DNA of 64,000 bases, taken from the NCBI GenBank assembly GCA_036556965.1, contig DATBIO010000241.1, positions 160-64,159 on the forward strand, read 5' to 3'. This document shows, piece after piece, positions 1 to 12,324 of this stretch. Each line of letters starts with the position of its first letter. Within the stretch, counting starts at the first letter, position 1. The notes below the pieces were generated by a model, which saw only the letters and a program-made list of their open reading frames with translations, was not told the DNA's origin and did not search any database. The translations under genes and the position numbers were made by a program. This DNA is from Vicinamibacteria bacterium (GTDB lineage Bacteria > Acidobacteriota > Vicinamibacteria > Fen-336).

Positions 1-688
1 GGACTCCGCGGTAGGTCATTTGCAGGGCGACCGCGTGGGGGAGGGGACCCGGCTCCTGCGCCGCGTGGTCGAGGTGCAGCGGCTCCTCATCCACCAGGTG
101 CGCATCCTGGAGACCATGCGCCCCCAGGACTTCCTGGGCTTCCGCTACCACCTCAACCCCGCCTCCGGCTTCCAGTCCGTGCAGTTCCGGGAGCTGGAGT
201 TCACCCTCGGGCTGAAGGACCCGGAGATGGCGGCCCGCCTGAGCTGCTCGGCCGCGGAGAGCGAGCGCCTCCGGCGCCGCCTGGAGGCGCCCAGCGTCGG
301 CGACGCGCTGGACGCGCTGATGGCCCGGCGCGGGCTGCTGGTGGCCCCCGCGGACGGCGAGCGGCGCCTGGGCGCCCTCGTCCGGATCTACGAGGACGAG
401 CAACGGCACCCGGACCTCAACGCGCTGTGCGAGGTGCTGATCGAGATGGACGAGTGCCTGGCCCTCTGGCGCGCGCACCACGTGCAGATGGTGGAGCGCA
501 TGATCGGCTCGCGGCGGGGCACGGGGGGGAGCGAGGGCGTGACCTACCTGAAGTCCACGCTGCCCAAGCGCGCCTTCCCCGACCTGTGGGCGGTGCGCGC
601 GCGCATCGGGGCGGACAGCCCCGACCCCGAGGCGCTGGCGGCGGCTAGCGCTGCCGGCGCAGCCGGACCAGGCCGCTCAGGGTGCTGA
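1..688 (+). CDS. kynA: tryptophan 2,3-dioxygenase, C-terminal part (5' end lies outside the window)
   Basis: Translation contains FRYHLNPASGFQSVQFRELE and the C-terminal KSTLPKRAFPDLW typical of TDO/KynA. The ORF has no upstream stop within the window, so the gene starts before position 1. Confidence 0.75.
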   Translation, partial: DSAVGHLQGDRVGEGTRLLRRVVEVQRLLIHQVRILETMRPQDFLGFRYHLNPASGFQSVQFRELEFTLGLKDPEMAARLSCSAAESERLRRRLEAPSVGDALDALMARRGLLVAPADGERRLGALVRIYEDEQRHPDLNALCEVLIEMDECLALWRAHHVQMVERMIGSRRGTGGSEGVTYLKSTLPKRAFPDLWAVRARIGADSPDPEALAAASAAGAAGPGRSGC

Positions 689-1529
689 CGGAGATCGACC
701 CCTTGCCCTCGCCGGCGGTGAAGCTCAGCTCGCTGCGCTGAACGTGGCGCCCGCGCCGGCGGGCGTCCGGTCCGAAGTCGTTCTCGATCTCGCCGCTGAA
801 GCTGGACACGCTGACGTGGCCGTTCAGCCCGCCGGGGAAGATCAGGTCCGCGCCCCCGCTGACCGTCTCCACGTCCAGGCTTCCGTTCACGGCCAGGCTG
901 CCCTCGAAGACGAGCGAGCCCGAGACGGATTCCAGGTGGGCGCGCTGGACGCCGCTGGCCGCCACCTCGAGGGGGCCGTTGACGGTGCTGGCCTCCACTT
1001 CCTCGCGCGCCCCGCGCACGGTCACCGGCCCGTTCACGGAGCTGGCGCGCACGATGAGGGCCGGCCCGTCCACGGTGACCCCGCCGTTGACCGACTCCAG
1101 GTCCACCTCGCGGGGCGCACCGTGGACGGCGATGCTGCCGTTCACCGTCTCCGCCTGCACGCCGCCCACCACGTCGTTGACGGTGATGCGCGTGGCGAAG
1201 CCCTCGATCTCCACCGTGCTGCCGCGCGGCACCTTCACCTCCAGGCGGGAGTGGACGCCGTGCGGGTTGCCGGCCGTGTCCACGCTCACGCTGGTGGATC
1301 CCTTCTCCCCCTGGATCTCGATGCCTTCCGCGCCCTCGCCCAGCGTGCCCGTGACCTCGACCTCGTTGCGCTCCCAGCCCACCACGTTCACGGTGCCCGC
1401 GTGGTTCTCGACGTACACGCGCCCCTTGGCGTCGGCGGCCCGCCGTTCCTGGACGTCCTGGGCCCACGCGGCCGTGGAAAAGACGAGCGCGGCCACTACC
1501 GCCGTCGCTCCCTTGCTCATCTCGATCAT
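645..1529 (-). CDS. DUF4097-type putative adhesin / beta-strand repeat protein with signal peptide
   Basis: An internal start gives MIEMSKGATAVVAALVFSTAAWA (signal peptide). The rest is repeated V-x-G-x-V-x-V short beta-strand repeats typical of DUF4097. The upstream part of the 456-aa ORF is Arg/Gly-rich junk. Confidence 0.65.
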   Translation of the reverse strand: MIEMSKGATAVVAALVFSTAAWAQDVQERRAADAKGRVYVENHAGTVNVVGWERNEVEVTGTLGEGAEGIEIQGEKGSTSVSVDTAGNPHGVHSRLEVKVPRGSTVEIEGFATRITVNDVVGGVQAETVNGSIAVHGAPREVDLESVNGGVTVDGPALIVRASSVNGPVTVRGAREEVEASTVNGPLEVAASGVQRAHLESVSGSLVFEGSLAVNGSLDVETVSGGADLIFPGGLNGHVSVSSFSGEIENDFGPDARRRGRHVQRSELSFTAGEGKGSISVSTLSGLVRLRRQR

Positions 1530-1543
1530 TTCGTTGGTTCCTT

Positions 1544-2191
1544 CTAGGCCTTGGTGGAGAGCCGCACCACCTGCTCGAGGAGGTCGAGCTTCTTCCGGTG
1601 CGTGGAGACCAGCATGTGCGCCAGGCGCGTGCTGGACGGATCCTGGGCCAGCGCGGCACGGATGTCGCCCAGCGCCCGGTCGATGGCCTGGAGGTTCTGC
1701 TCCACCGCCGCCACCGTCTCCGGGGGCAGCCCTGCCCGCTGGCCCTCCAGCGCGGTCATCAGGGTGGCGGCGGCGCGCAGGTACTCCTCCTCCGAGCGCC
1801 GCAGGTCGTCGGTGGCTCCCGCCGCCACCGGCCGCGCGACGGGCGCGGGCGCGCCCGCGGGGGCGGGACGGGAACGCAGGGCGATGGCGGTGAGGGCCGA
1901 GGAGGCGGCGGCCAGCGCGGCCGCGGCGGCCAGGCCCGACGTCCAGGACAGGGCGAAGCCGCTGCGCCGGGCGGGCGATCCGCTCCCGCGCGCGCGGCGG
2001 GCGATCTCCGGCCACAGGTCGCGGGAGGGCTCCATCTCCTCGGGCAGCGCCGCCACCCGGGCCAGGAGCGCCCGCTGCAGGGCGAGCGCCTCGCGGCAGC
2101 CGGCGCAGCCCTCCAGGTGCCGCCCCACGTCGTCCGGAGGCGCGGCCTCGCCCGCCTCGTCCAGCCAGTCCTCGACTTCGTCGCAGGTCAT
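1544..2191 (-). CDS. zinc-finger anti-sigma factor (ChrR/RsrA-like) with C-terminal membrane/periplasmic region
   Basis: MTCDEVEDWLDE...HLEGCAGCREAL is an N-terminal zinc-binding anti-sigma motif. The ATG overlaps the stop of the upstream ECF sigma gene (ATGA). Confidence 0.7.
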   Translation of the reverse strand: MTCDEVEDWLDEAGEAAPPDDVGRHLEGCAGCREALALQRALLARVAALPEEMEPSRDLWPEIARRARGSGSPARRSGFALSWTSGLAAAAALAAASSALTAIALRSRPAPAGAPAPVARPVAAGATDDLRRSEEEYLRAAATLMTALEGQRAGLPPETVAAVEQNLQAIDRALGDIRAALAQDPSSTRLAHMLVSTHRKKLDLLEQVVRLSTKA

Positions 2192-2776
2192 GATTCGGCG
2201 TCCTTCCGTCCCAGGGCCACGCGCAAGAGGCGGCGCGCCCGGTGGAGCTGTGCCTTGCTGGTGCCGGTGGCCACTCCCGTCATCTCCGCGATCTCGTCGT
2301 GGCGGTAGCCCTCGACGTCGTGCAGGACGAAGACCTGGCGCGCCCCCGGGGGGAGGGTGGCCATCGCCCGGTCGAGGTCGAGCCCGTGCTCCGGCCGGCG
2401 GACGGGCGCCGGGCCGTCGTAGGCCTCGAGGTCGTCGGTCGGCGTGATCCGCGAGGTGCGGCGGCGCCGGGCACGCCGTTCGGAGAGGGCGGTGTTGACG
2501 GTGAGCGTGTGCAGCCAGGAGCCGAAGGCGCTCTCCCCCCGGAAGGAGGAGAGCTTCTGCCAGGCCCGCACGAACACGTCCTGCGTCAGCTCTTCGGCCA
2601 AGGTCGCCTCTCCCGCCATCCGGTAGCACAGCGCATACGTCCGGCGCACGTGGGACCGGTACAGCTCCTCGAAGGCGGAGAGGTCTCCCGACTGGGCGCG
2701 CCGCACCAGCCCCCGCTCGGCCTCCCGCCTCTCCGCGTCGGCAACGACCCTGATGGCCTCCTCCTGGCGCGTCACC
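2188..2776 (-). CDS. ECF (sigma-70 family, group IV) RNA polymerase sigma factor
   Basis: Region 2: RRAQSGDLSAFEELYRSHVRRTYALCYRM. Region 4: HDVEGYRHDEIAEMTGVATGTSKAQLHRARRLLR. Probable GTG start near 2776 (or TTG near 2787). The rest of the 845-aa ORF is spurious. Confidence 0.85.
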
Positions 2777-2889
2777 GGGCTGCACAAGGCCAACGTCGTC
2801 ACGCACTTCTGAGATGCCGCCCGCCCCGGCCCGGTTTGAAGCGGGGCGGCCGCAGTATGACAATCCGGCTCCTTCCAAGCGAGGTGTGC

Positions 2890-4650
2890 ATGTCCCTGCG
2901 GCTCTGTGCCTTCCTGGCCCTGCTGGCCACCCCTGCCCTGGGCGCCACGCACCGGCTGACCCCCACTTCGGGCTTCCCGACCTTCGCCGTGCGGCCCCCC
3001 ATCCTGACCGTGCAGCCCGGCGACGTCCTCGAGAGCGAGACGCTCTGGGGAGAGTGGTACGAGAAGCCGGGCGGGAAGTGGCCGGGGGAAGTCGGGCCCG
3101 TCGCGGTGGCCGGCGCCGAGCCCGGGGACACGCTGGTGGTGGACATCCTGAAGGTGCGGCCCAACCGCGACACGGCCGTCTCCACGCAGGGAGGCCGCTT
3201 CGGCGCCCTGGTGCCCGACCGCGGCACGGCCTTCCTCAACGACGTCTTCCCCCAGGGGCGCTACGTCTGGCGCCTGGACCGCCAGCGCATGACGGGCACG
3301 GTGGACCTGCCGGGGAGCACCCTGCGCCAGGTGACGATCCCCCTGCGTCCCATGCTGGGCCGCGTGGCCACCGCGCCCGAGGACGAGGAGGCCTTCGGCG
3401 GGCTCTGGCCGGGTCCGTTCGGCGGGAACATGGACGCCTCCGACGTGCGGGAGGGGACGCGCGTCTATCTGCCCGTCTTCCATCCGGGCGCCCTCTTCTA
3501 CTTCGGCGACGGCCATGCGGCCCAGGGCGACGCCGAGGTCTGCGGCTCGGGACTGGAGACGTCGATGGAGGTGGCCTTCCGGTTCTCGCTCCTGAAGAAG
3601 AAGGCCATCGAGTGGCCGCGCTTCGAGGACGCCGAGCACCTCATGGTGGCGGGGAGCGCGCGGCCCCTCAGCGACGCCCTGCGCATCGCCTTCGTCGAGC
3701 TGGTGAACTGGCTGGTGGCGGAGCACGGCTTCGCGAAGGCCGACGCCTACCAGCTCGTCTCGCAGACGGCGGTGGTGCGCGTGGCCAACATGGTGGACCC
3801 GATCTACACCGTGGTCGCGAAGTTCCCCAAGCGGTACCTGCCCGCGGCCACCGGGGCCGCCGCCCGCCCCGGCGTGCGCCTGGGGGACCTGCCGTGGACG
3901 GAGGCGGAGGCGGCGCTTCGGCCCGACCGCCTGGTCGTGCTCCCCCTGGGTGCCGCGGCCAAGGAGCACGGGCCGCACCTGCCCCTGCGCAACGACCAGA
4001 TCCTGGCCGACTACCTGGCCGCGCGGGTGGTGGCGTCGCGGCCGGTGGCCCTGCTTCCCACCCTGACCTACGGCTTCTACCCGGCCTTCCTGGAGTACCC
4101 GGGCTCGGTCTCCCTCTCCGCGGACACCCAGCGCGACGCGGTGGTGCAGATCGCGCGCTCCATCGCCCGCTACGGTCCGCGCCGCCTCTACGTGCTCAAC
4201 ACCGGCGTCTCCACCGCGCGGCCGCTGAAGGCGGCGGCCGAGCTGCTGGCCGCGGAGGGTGTCCTCCTTCGTTACACGGACGTGCTGGAGGCGGGGCGGG
4301 AGGCCGAGGAGCGCGTGCGCCAGCAGGCCAAGGGCACCCACGCCGACGAGATGGAGACCTCCATGGTGCTCTACATGGAGCCGGGCGCGGTGCGCATGGA
4401 GAGGGCGGTGGCGGACGGGCTCGGCGACGACGCCGGCCCCCTCACCCGCGACTCCGGCAACCGGGCCGGGCACTTCTCGCCGAGCGGCGTCTTCGGCGAC
4501 GCCACCCTGGCCACCTGGCACAAGGGCGAGCTCGTGACCGAGGCCAAGCTGGCCCACATCCTCGTCGACCTGGACGCGCTGGCGGCGGCCCCCCTGCCCC
4601 CGGGCGCGCCGCGCTCGCCGCTCGACCCGGTGCCCGCCACCGCCCGCTGA
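2890..4650 (+). CDS. secreted fusion protein: acetamidase/formamidase (FmdA_AmdA) domain + creatininase-family amidohydrolase domain
   Basis: Signal peptide MSLRLCAFLALLATPALGA. The N-terminal half has FmdA/AmdA motifs (VQPGDVL, GDGHAAQGDAEVCGSGLETSMEV). The C-terminal half has creatininase-family motifs (LPWTEAEAAL, VVLPLGAAAKEHGPHLPLRNDQILAD). One continuous frame, with an Ala/Pro linker between the two halves. Confidence 0.7.
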   Translation: MSLRLCAFLALLATPALGATHRLTPTSGFPTFAVRPPILTVQPGDVLESETLWGEWYEKPGGKWPGEVGPVAVAGAEPGDTLVVDILKVRPNRDTAVSTQGGRFGALVPDRGTAFLNDVFPQGRYVWRLDRQRMTGTVDLPGSTLRQVTIPLRPMLGRVATAPEDEEAFGGLWPGPFGGNMDASDVREGTRVYLPVFHPGALFYFGDGHAAQGDAEVCGSGLETSMEVAFRFSLLKKKAIEWPRFEDAEHLMVAGSARPLSDALRIAFVELVNWLVAEHGFAKADAYQLVSQTAVVRVANMVDPIYTVVAKFPKRYLPAATGAAARPGVRLGDLPWTEAEAALRPDRLVVLPLGAAAKEHGPHLPLRNDQILADYLAARVVASRPVALLPTLTYGFYPAFLEYPGSVSLSADTQRDAVVQIARSIARYGPRRLYVLNTGVSTARPLKAAAELLAAEGVLLRYTDVLEAGREAEERVRQQAKGTHADEMETSMVLYMEPGAVRMERAVADGLGDDAGPLTRDSGNRAGHFSPSGVFGDATLATWHKGELVTEAKLAHILVDLDALAAAPLPPGAPRSPLDPVPATAR

Positions 4651-4672
4651 ACATCGCCTATCATCAGCGGCC

Positions 4673-5863
4673 ATGCCCGTCGGGACCCCCTTCCATGCGC
4701 GCACCCAGGCCCTCTGCCAGAGCATGTCCTGGAAGGACTGGTCGGGGTACTTCGCGGTGGTCAGCTACGAGGTCCACCACGAGCACGAGTACGCGGCCAT
4801 CCGCAACGCGTGCGGGCTGATCGACATCACCCCTCTCTTCAAGTACCGCGTCGCCGGGCGCGACGCCTGCCGCCTCATCGACCGCGTGATCACGCGCGAC
4901 GCCCGCAAGGTCGAGGTCGGCCAGGTCGTCTACACGCACTGGTGCGACGCGGCGGGCAAGGTCATCGACGACGGCACCGTGCAGCGCCTCGACGACGGCG
5001 AGTACCGCTGGACGGCGGCGGAGCCCACCCTGCGCTGGATCCGCATGAACGCCCACGGACTCGAGGTGCGGGTGGACGACGTCTCGGAGTCCACGGCGGC
5101 GCTGGCCCTCCAGGGCCCCACCAGCCGCGACGTGCTGCGCGCCTGCGCGGAGACCGCGGTCGACCTGCGCGCGCTCAAGTACTTCCGCCTCACCCGCGGC
5201 ACCATCGCGGGCGTGCCCGTGGAGATCTCCCGCACCGGCTACACGGGCGACCTCGGCTACGAGATCTGGGTCGACGCCGCGCGCGCCCTGCCCGTCTGGG
5301 ACGCGGTGGTGGAGGCGGGCCGGCCCCACGACCTGCGGCCGGTGGGGCTGGCCGCGCTCGACGTGGTCCGCATCGAGGCCGGCCTCATCCTCCTCGACGT
5401 GGACTACGTGGGGGCCCGCACGGCGCTCATCGAGTCGCAGAAGTACACGCCCTACGAGATCGGCCTCGGCCGCCTGGTGAACCTGGGCAAGGCCCCCTTC
5501 GTGGGCCAGGCCGCCCTCCGCGGGGAGGCGGGGCAGGACGGCCGGCGCCTGGTGGGCCTGGTGGTGAGCTGGGACGACCTCGAGGCGCTCTACGACGAGG
5601 CGGGCCTGCCGCCGCAGATCCCGAGCACGGCTTCCCGCCTCTCCCTGCCCCTCTACGACGGGGAGCGGCAGGCGGGCAAGGCCACCAGCAGCACCTGGTC
5701 GCCCATCCTGAAGCGGATGCTGGCCCTGGGCACGGTGTCGTCCTCGCTCGCGGAGGAAGGGACGGCCCTGGACATGGAGTGGACGGTGGACCACCGGCGC
5801 CGGAGGGTCGGCGTGCGCGTGACCCGGCTCCCCTTCTTCGACCCCCCGCGCAAGCGCGCCTAG
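4673..5863 (+). CDS. aminomethyltransferase-family protein (GcvT/DmdA-like folate-dependent)
   Basis: GLIDITPLFKYRVAGRDA, ISRTGYTGDLGYEIW and RIEAGLILLDVDY are typical of the glycine cleavage T-protein family. Confidence 0.8.
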   Translation: MPVGTPFHARTQALCQSMSWKDWSGYFAVVSYEVHHEHEYAAIRNACGLIDITPLFKYRVAGRDACRLIDRVITRDARKVEVGQVVYTHWCDAAGKVIDDGTVQRLDDGEYRWTAAEPTLRWIRMNAHGLEVRVDDVSESTAALALQGPTSRDVLRACAETAVDLRALKYFRLTRGTIAGVPVEISRTGYTGDLGYEIWVDAARALPVWDAVVEAGRPHDLRPVGLAALDVVRIEAGLILLDVDYVGARTALIESQKYTPYEIGLGRLVNLGKAPFVGQAALRGEAGQDGRRLVGLVVSWDDLEALYDEAGLPPQIPSTASRLSLPLYDGERQAGKATSSTWSPILKRMLALGTVSSSLAEEGTALDMEWTVDHRRRRVGVRVTRLPFFDPPRKRA

Positions 5864-5875
5864 CCGCGCCGGCGC

Positions 5876-6256
5876 TCAGTCCTTCTTCTTCACCTTGTCC
5901 GCGATCCACTCGACCAGGGGCAGGATGTTGATCGAGCCGGGGTGGACCGGCGTCTGGATGTTGTAGCCGCGCCCGTAGACGGACGACTCGAGGGAGTAGT
6001 GGCGCCACCAGACCTGCATGGTCTCGTTGGGATCGGGCGGAACGTACGCGCGCACCTCCACGCGTGACTCGAAGCGGGGCAGGTCGAGCACGTCGTGGAC
6101 CGGCGGCGCCTGCTCCCCGCGGCCGTAGGGACCGAGCTTCAGGCCCCCGCGCGGCGCGGCGGTGGGGACGGGCGAGGGTGACGGCGCGGGAGCCTGCGGC
6201 GCGGCCGCCGCGGAACCGGCGCCGAGGAAGAGCAGCACGAAACGCGCGGCCCGCAT
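5876..6256 (-). CDS. small secreted hypothetical protein
   Basis: N-terminal signal peptide MRAARFVLLFLGAGSAAAAP. Reasonable codon bias. No recognisable family. Confidence 0.45.
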   Translation of the reverse strand: MRAARFVLLFLGAGSAAAAPQAPAPSPSPVPTAAPRGGLKLGPYGRGEQAPPVHDVLDLPRFESRVEVRAYVPPDPNETMQVWWRHYSLESSVYGRGYNIQTPVHPGSINILPLVEWIADKVKKKD

Positions 6257-6306
6257 GTTCCTACTATGGACCCTGAGCGGGCGGCGTGCCAGCGCCGCCT
6301 CCGCGG

Positions 6307-7155
6307 CTAGAAGCTGGCGGAGAGGGCCAGACCCGCGCCGGTGCCGCGCAGGTCGGTGGACGGCGCGAGCCTCAGCTCGAACCCGGCCCGGTCGTCCAGG
6401 GGGCTCGAGTTCACCCGCACCACGGTGCGGCCCACGAGGACGCCCAGGGCCGCCCCGAAGGCGACGTCGCTGAGGTGATGGCGGTCGCGCTCCACGCGGC
6501 TCAGGCCCACGAACCCCGCGAGGGCGAAGGCGGGCACGCCGACCTTCGCGCCGTAGTGGCGGTGGAGCACGGTGGCCGTGGCGAAGGCGTTCGAGGTGTG
6601 CCCGGACGGGAAGGAGAGGCGGTCGGAGCCGTCGGGGCGTGTGCGGCCGGCCAGCGACTTGAGCGCGAAGGTGTAGGCGCCGTTGATGAGCGCGGCCTGC
6701 GCGACGTCGTAGGTCGCGGCTTTCAGCCTGCCTCCGCTCGCCTGGCCGACCACGAAGAGACCCGCGGTGACGCCCGCCACCACCGACAGGCTCCCCATCC
6801 TGGCCCCGGCGTTGCCCGCGTCCGGGAACCGCGAGGCGAGCATGCTCTGGGCGCTGTCGTCGAGCAGCGAGGTGCCGGCGAAGAGCGCGGTACCCACGGC
6901 CAGCGGCACCAGGTTGTCCCGGCCCATTACGCCCTTGGCTCCGTGGACCAGGTTGGCGCCGAAGCGCGACAGGGTGCGACGGTCGTCGAGGCCAGTCTGG
7001 CCGAATCCGTCCAGGCCCTTGACGACGGGGGCCGGCGGCTCGAGGGTGACGGCGCCCGGGGGCCCGAAAATGCCCGTTTCGCCGGCGGCGGACCCGGCGG
7101 GGAGGATGAAGACCGCCGTCACGGCGGCGCCCAGGGCTCGTCGCAGTTCTGTCAC
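6307..7155 (-). CDS. PAP2-family phosphatase (phosphatidic acid phosphatase type 2 / haloperoxidase fold)
   Basis: Three PAP2 signature blocks: GRTRPDGSD (KxxxxxxRP), SFPSGHTS (PSGH) and SRVERDRHHLSDV (SRxxxxxHxxxD). Confidence 0.8.
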   Translation of the reverse strand: MTELRRALGAAVTAVFILPAGSAAGETGIFGPPGAVTLEPPAPVVKGLDGFGQTGLDDRRTLSRFGANLVHGAKGVMGRDNLVPLAVGTALFAGTSLLDDSAQSMLASRFPDAGNAGARMGSLSVVAGVTAGLFVVGQASGGRLKAATYDVAQAALINGAYTFALKSLAGRTRPDGSDRLSFPSGHTSNAFATATVLHRHYGAKVGVPAFALAGFVGLSRVERDRHHLSDVAFGAALGVLVGRTVVRVNSSPLDDRAGFELRLAPSTDLRGTGAGLALSASF

Positions 7156-7211
7156 CTGCGTACTTTACACTAGAACGGCCCGTTTGACCCCGCTCCGCGC
7201 CCCGGGTACGT

Positions 7212-11651
<4,440 letters not shown>

Positions 11652-11677
11652 CCGCGCCCGCGCCGGCAACCACCACG

Positions 11678-12169
11678 GTGACGCGCACGTACCTGGAGCG
11701 CACCGAGGCACCGGCCGGGCCCGCGCCCGCGCCGCCTGCCGGATATCGGCTGGAGCGGGCCTCGGGCTGCCCCGCCTCGTTCTATCGTTACCTTTACGCC
11801 GAAGTCGGCAGGGCCCACCACTGGACGGATCGCCTCGCGTGGAGCGACGAACAGATCAGCGCACACCTCGCGTGTCCCGGCGTGTCCCTGCACGTGCTCG
11901 GCGCGCAGGGGGTGCCCGCGGGGTACTTCGAGCTGGTGCGTCACGACGACGGGTCCGTCGAGATCGCGTACTTCGGGCTGCTCCCCGGGTTCCTGGGCCG
12001 CGGCCTGGGGCGCTACCTGTTGGAAGCGGCGGTGGCCCGCGCTTTCGGCGAGGGGACCGCGCGCGTCTGGCTGCACACCTGCACGCTCGATCATCCAGCG
12101 GCGCTGGGGAACTACCTGGCCCGGGGCTTCCGGGCCTTCCGGCAGGAAACCTACCTCCTCGGGGCCTGA
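11678..12169 (+). CDS. GNAT-family N-acetyltransferase
   Basis: GYFELVRHDDGSVEIAYFGLLPGFLGRGLGRYLLEAAV is the GNAT acetyl-CoA-binding motif. The ORF-track start (11537) overlaps the kinase gene. An in-frame GTG about 11678 lies just after the kinase stop. Confidence 0.65.
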   Translation: MTRTYLERTEAPAGPAPAPPAGYRLERASGCPASFYRYLYAEVGRAHHWTDRLAWSDEQISAHLACPGVSLHVLGAQGVPAGYFELVRHDDGSVEIAYFGLLPGFLGRGLGRYLLEAAVARAFGEGTARVWLHTCTLDHPAALGNYLARGFRAFRQETYLLGA

Positions 12170-12190
12170 AAACCTCCCAAGTCGTTGCGC

Positions 12191-12235
12191 TCCAACATAT
12201 GGGCTGCTAAGATGAATGGCCACAACATGTTGCGG
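12191..12235. promoter_or_regulatory. candidate NrdR operator upstream of nrdJ: two palindromic boxes about 30 bp apart
   Basis: Perfect palindrome CAACATGTTG inside ccACAACATGTTGcgg (12220-12235) matches 11/16 positions of the NrdR-box consensus acaCwAtATaTwGtgt as I recall it. A weaker CATATG-centred element lies about 3 helical turns upstream. The region is AT-richer than the flanking DNA. Confidence 0.3.
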
Positions 12236-12242
12236 TTTCTCC

Positions 12243-12271
12243 TTGACAGGCCCGTGACGCAGGTTTACAGT
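12243..12271 (+). promoter_or_regulatory. sigma-70-like promoter for nrdJ (TTGACA-N17-TACAGT)
   Basis: TTGACA followed 17 nt later by TACAGT, about 55 nt upstream of the nrdJ ATG. Confidence 0.35.
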
Positions 12272-12324
12272 CCGGCCCAATTCACCGGCCGACAGTCGTG
12301 ACCATCGAGAACCCGGAGGCACCC

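Noticed and set aside
4810-5931. 373-aa + ORF and 376-aa - ORF overlapping the aminomethyltransferase gene
   Set aside because: Off-frame and antisense junk. The GcvT-family frame carries the motifs.
12170-12324. Cobalamin riboswitch upstream of nrdJ
   Set aside because: nrdJ is the B12-dependent isozyme and is not normally B12-riboswitch regulated. The region is too short (about 150 nt) and has no recognisable B12-box. The palindromes fit an NrdR operator better.
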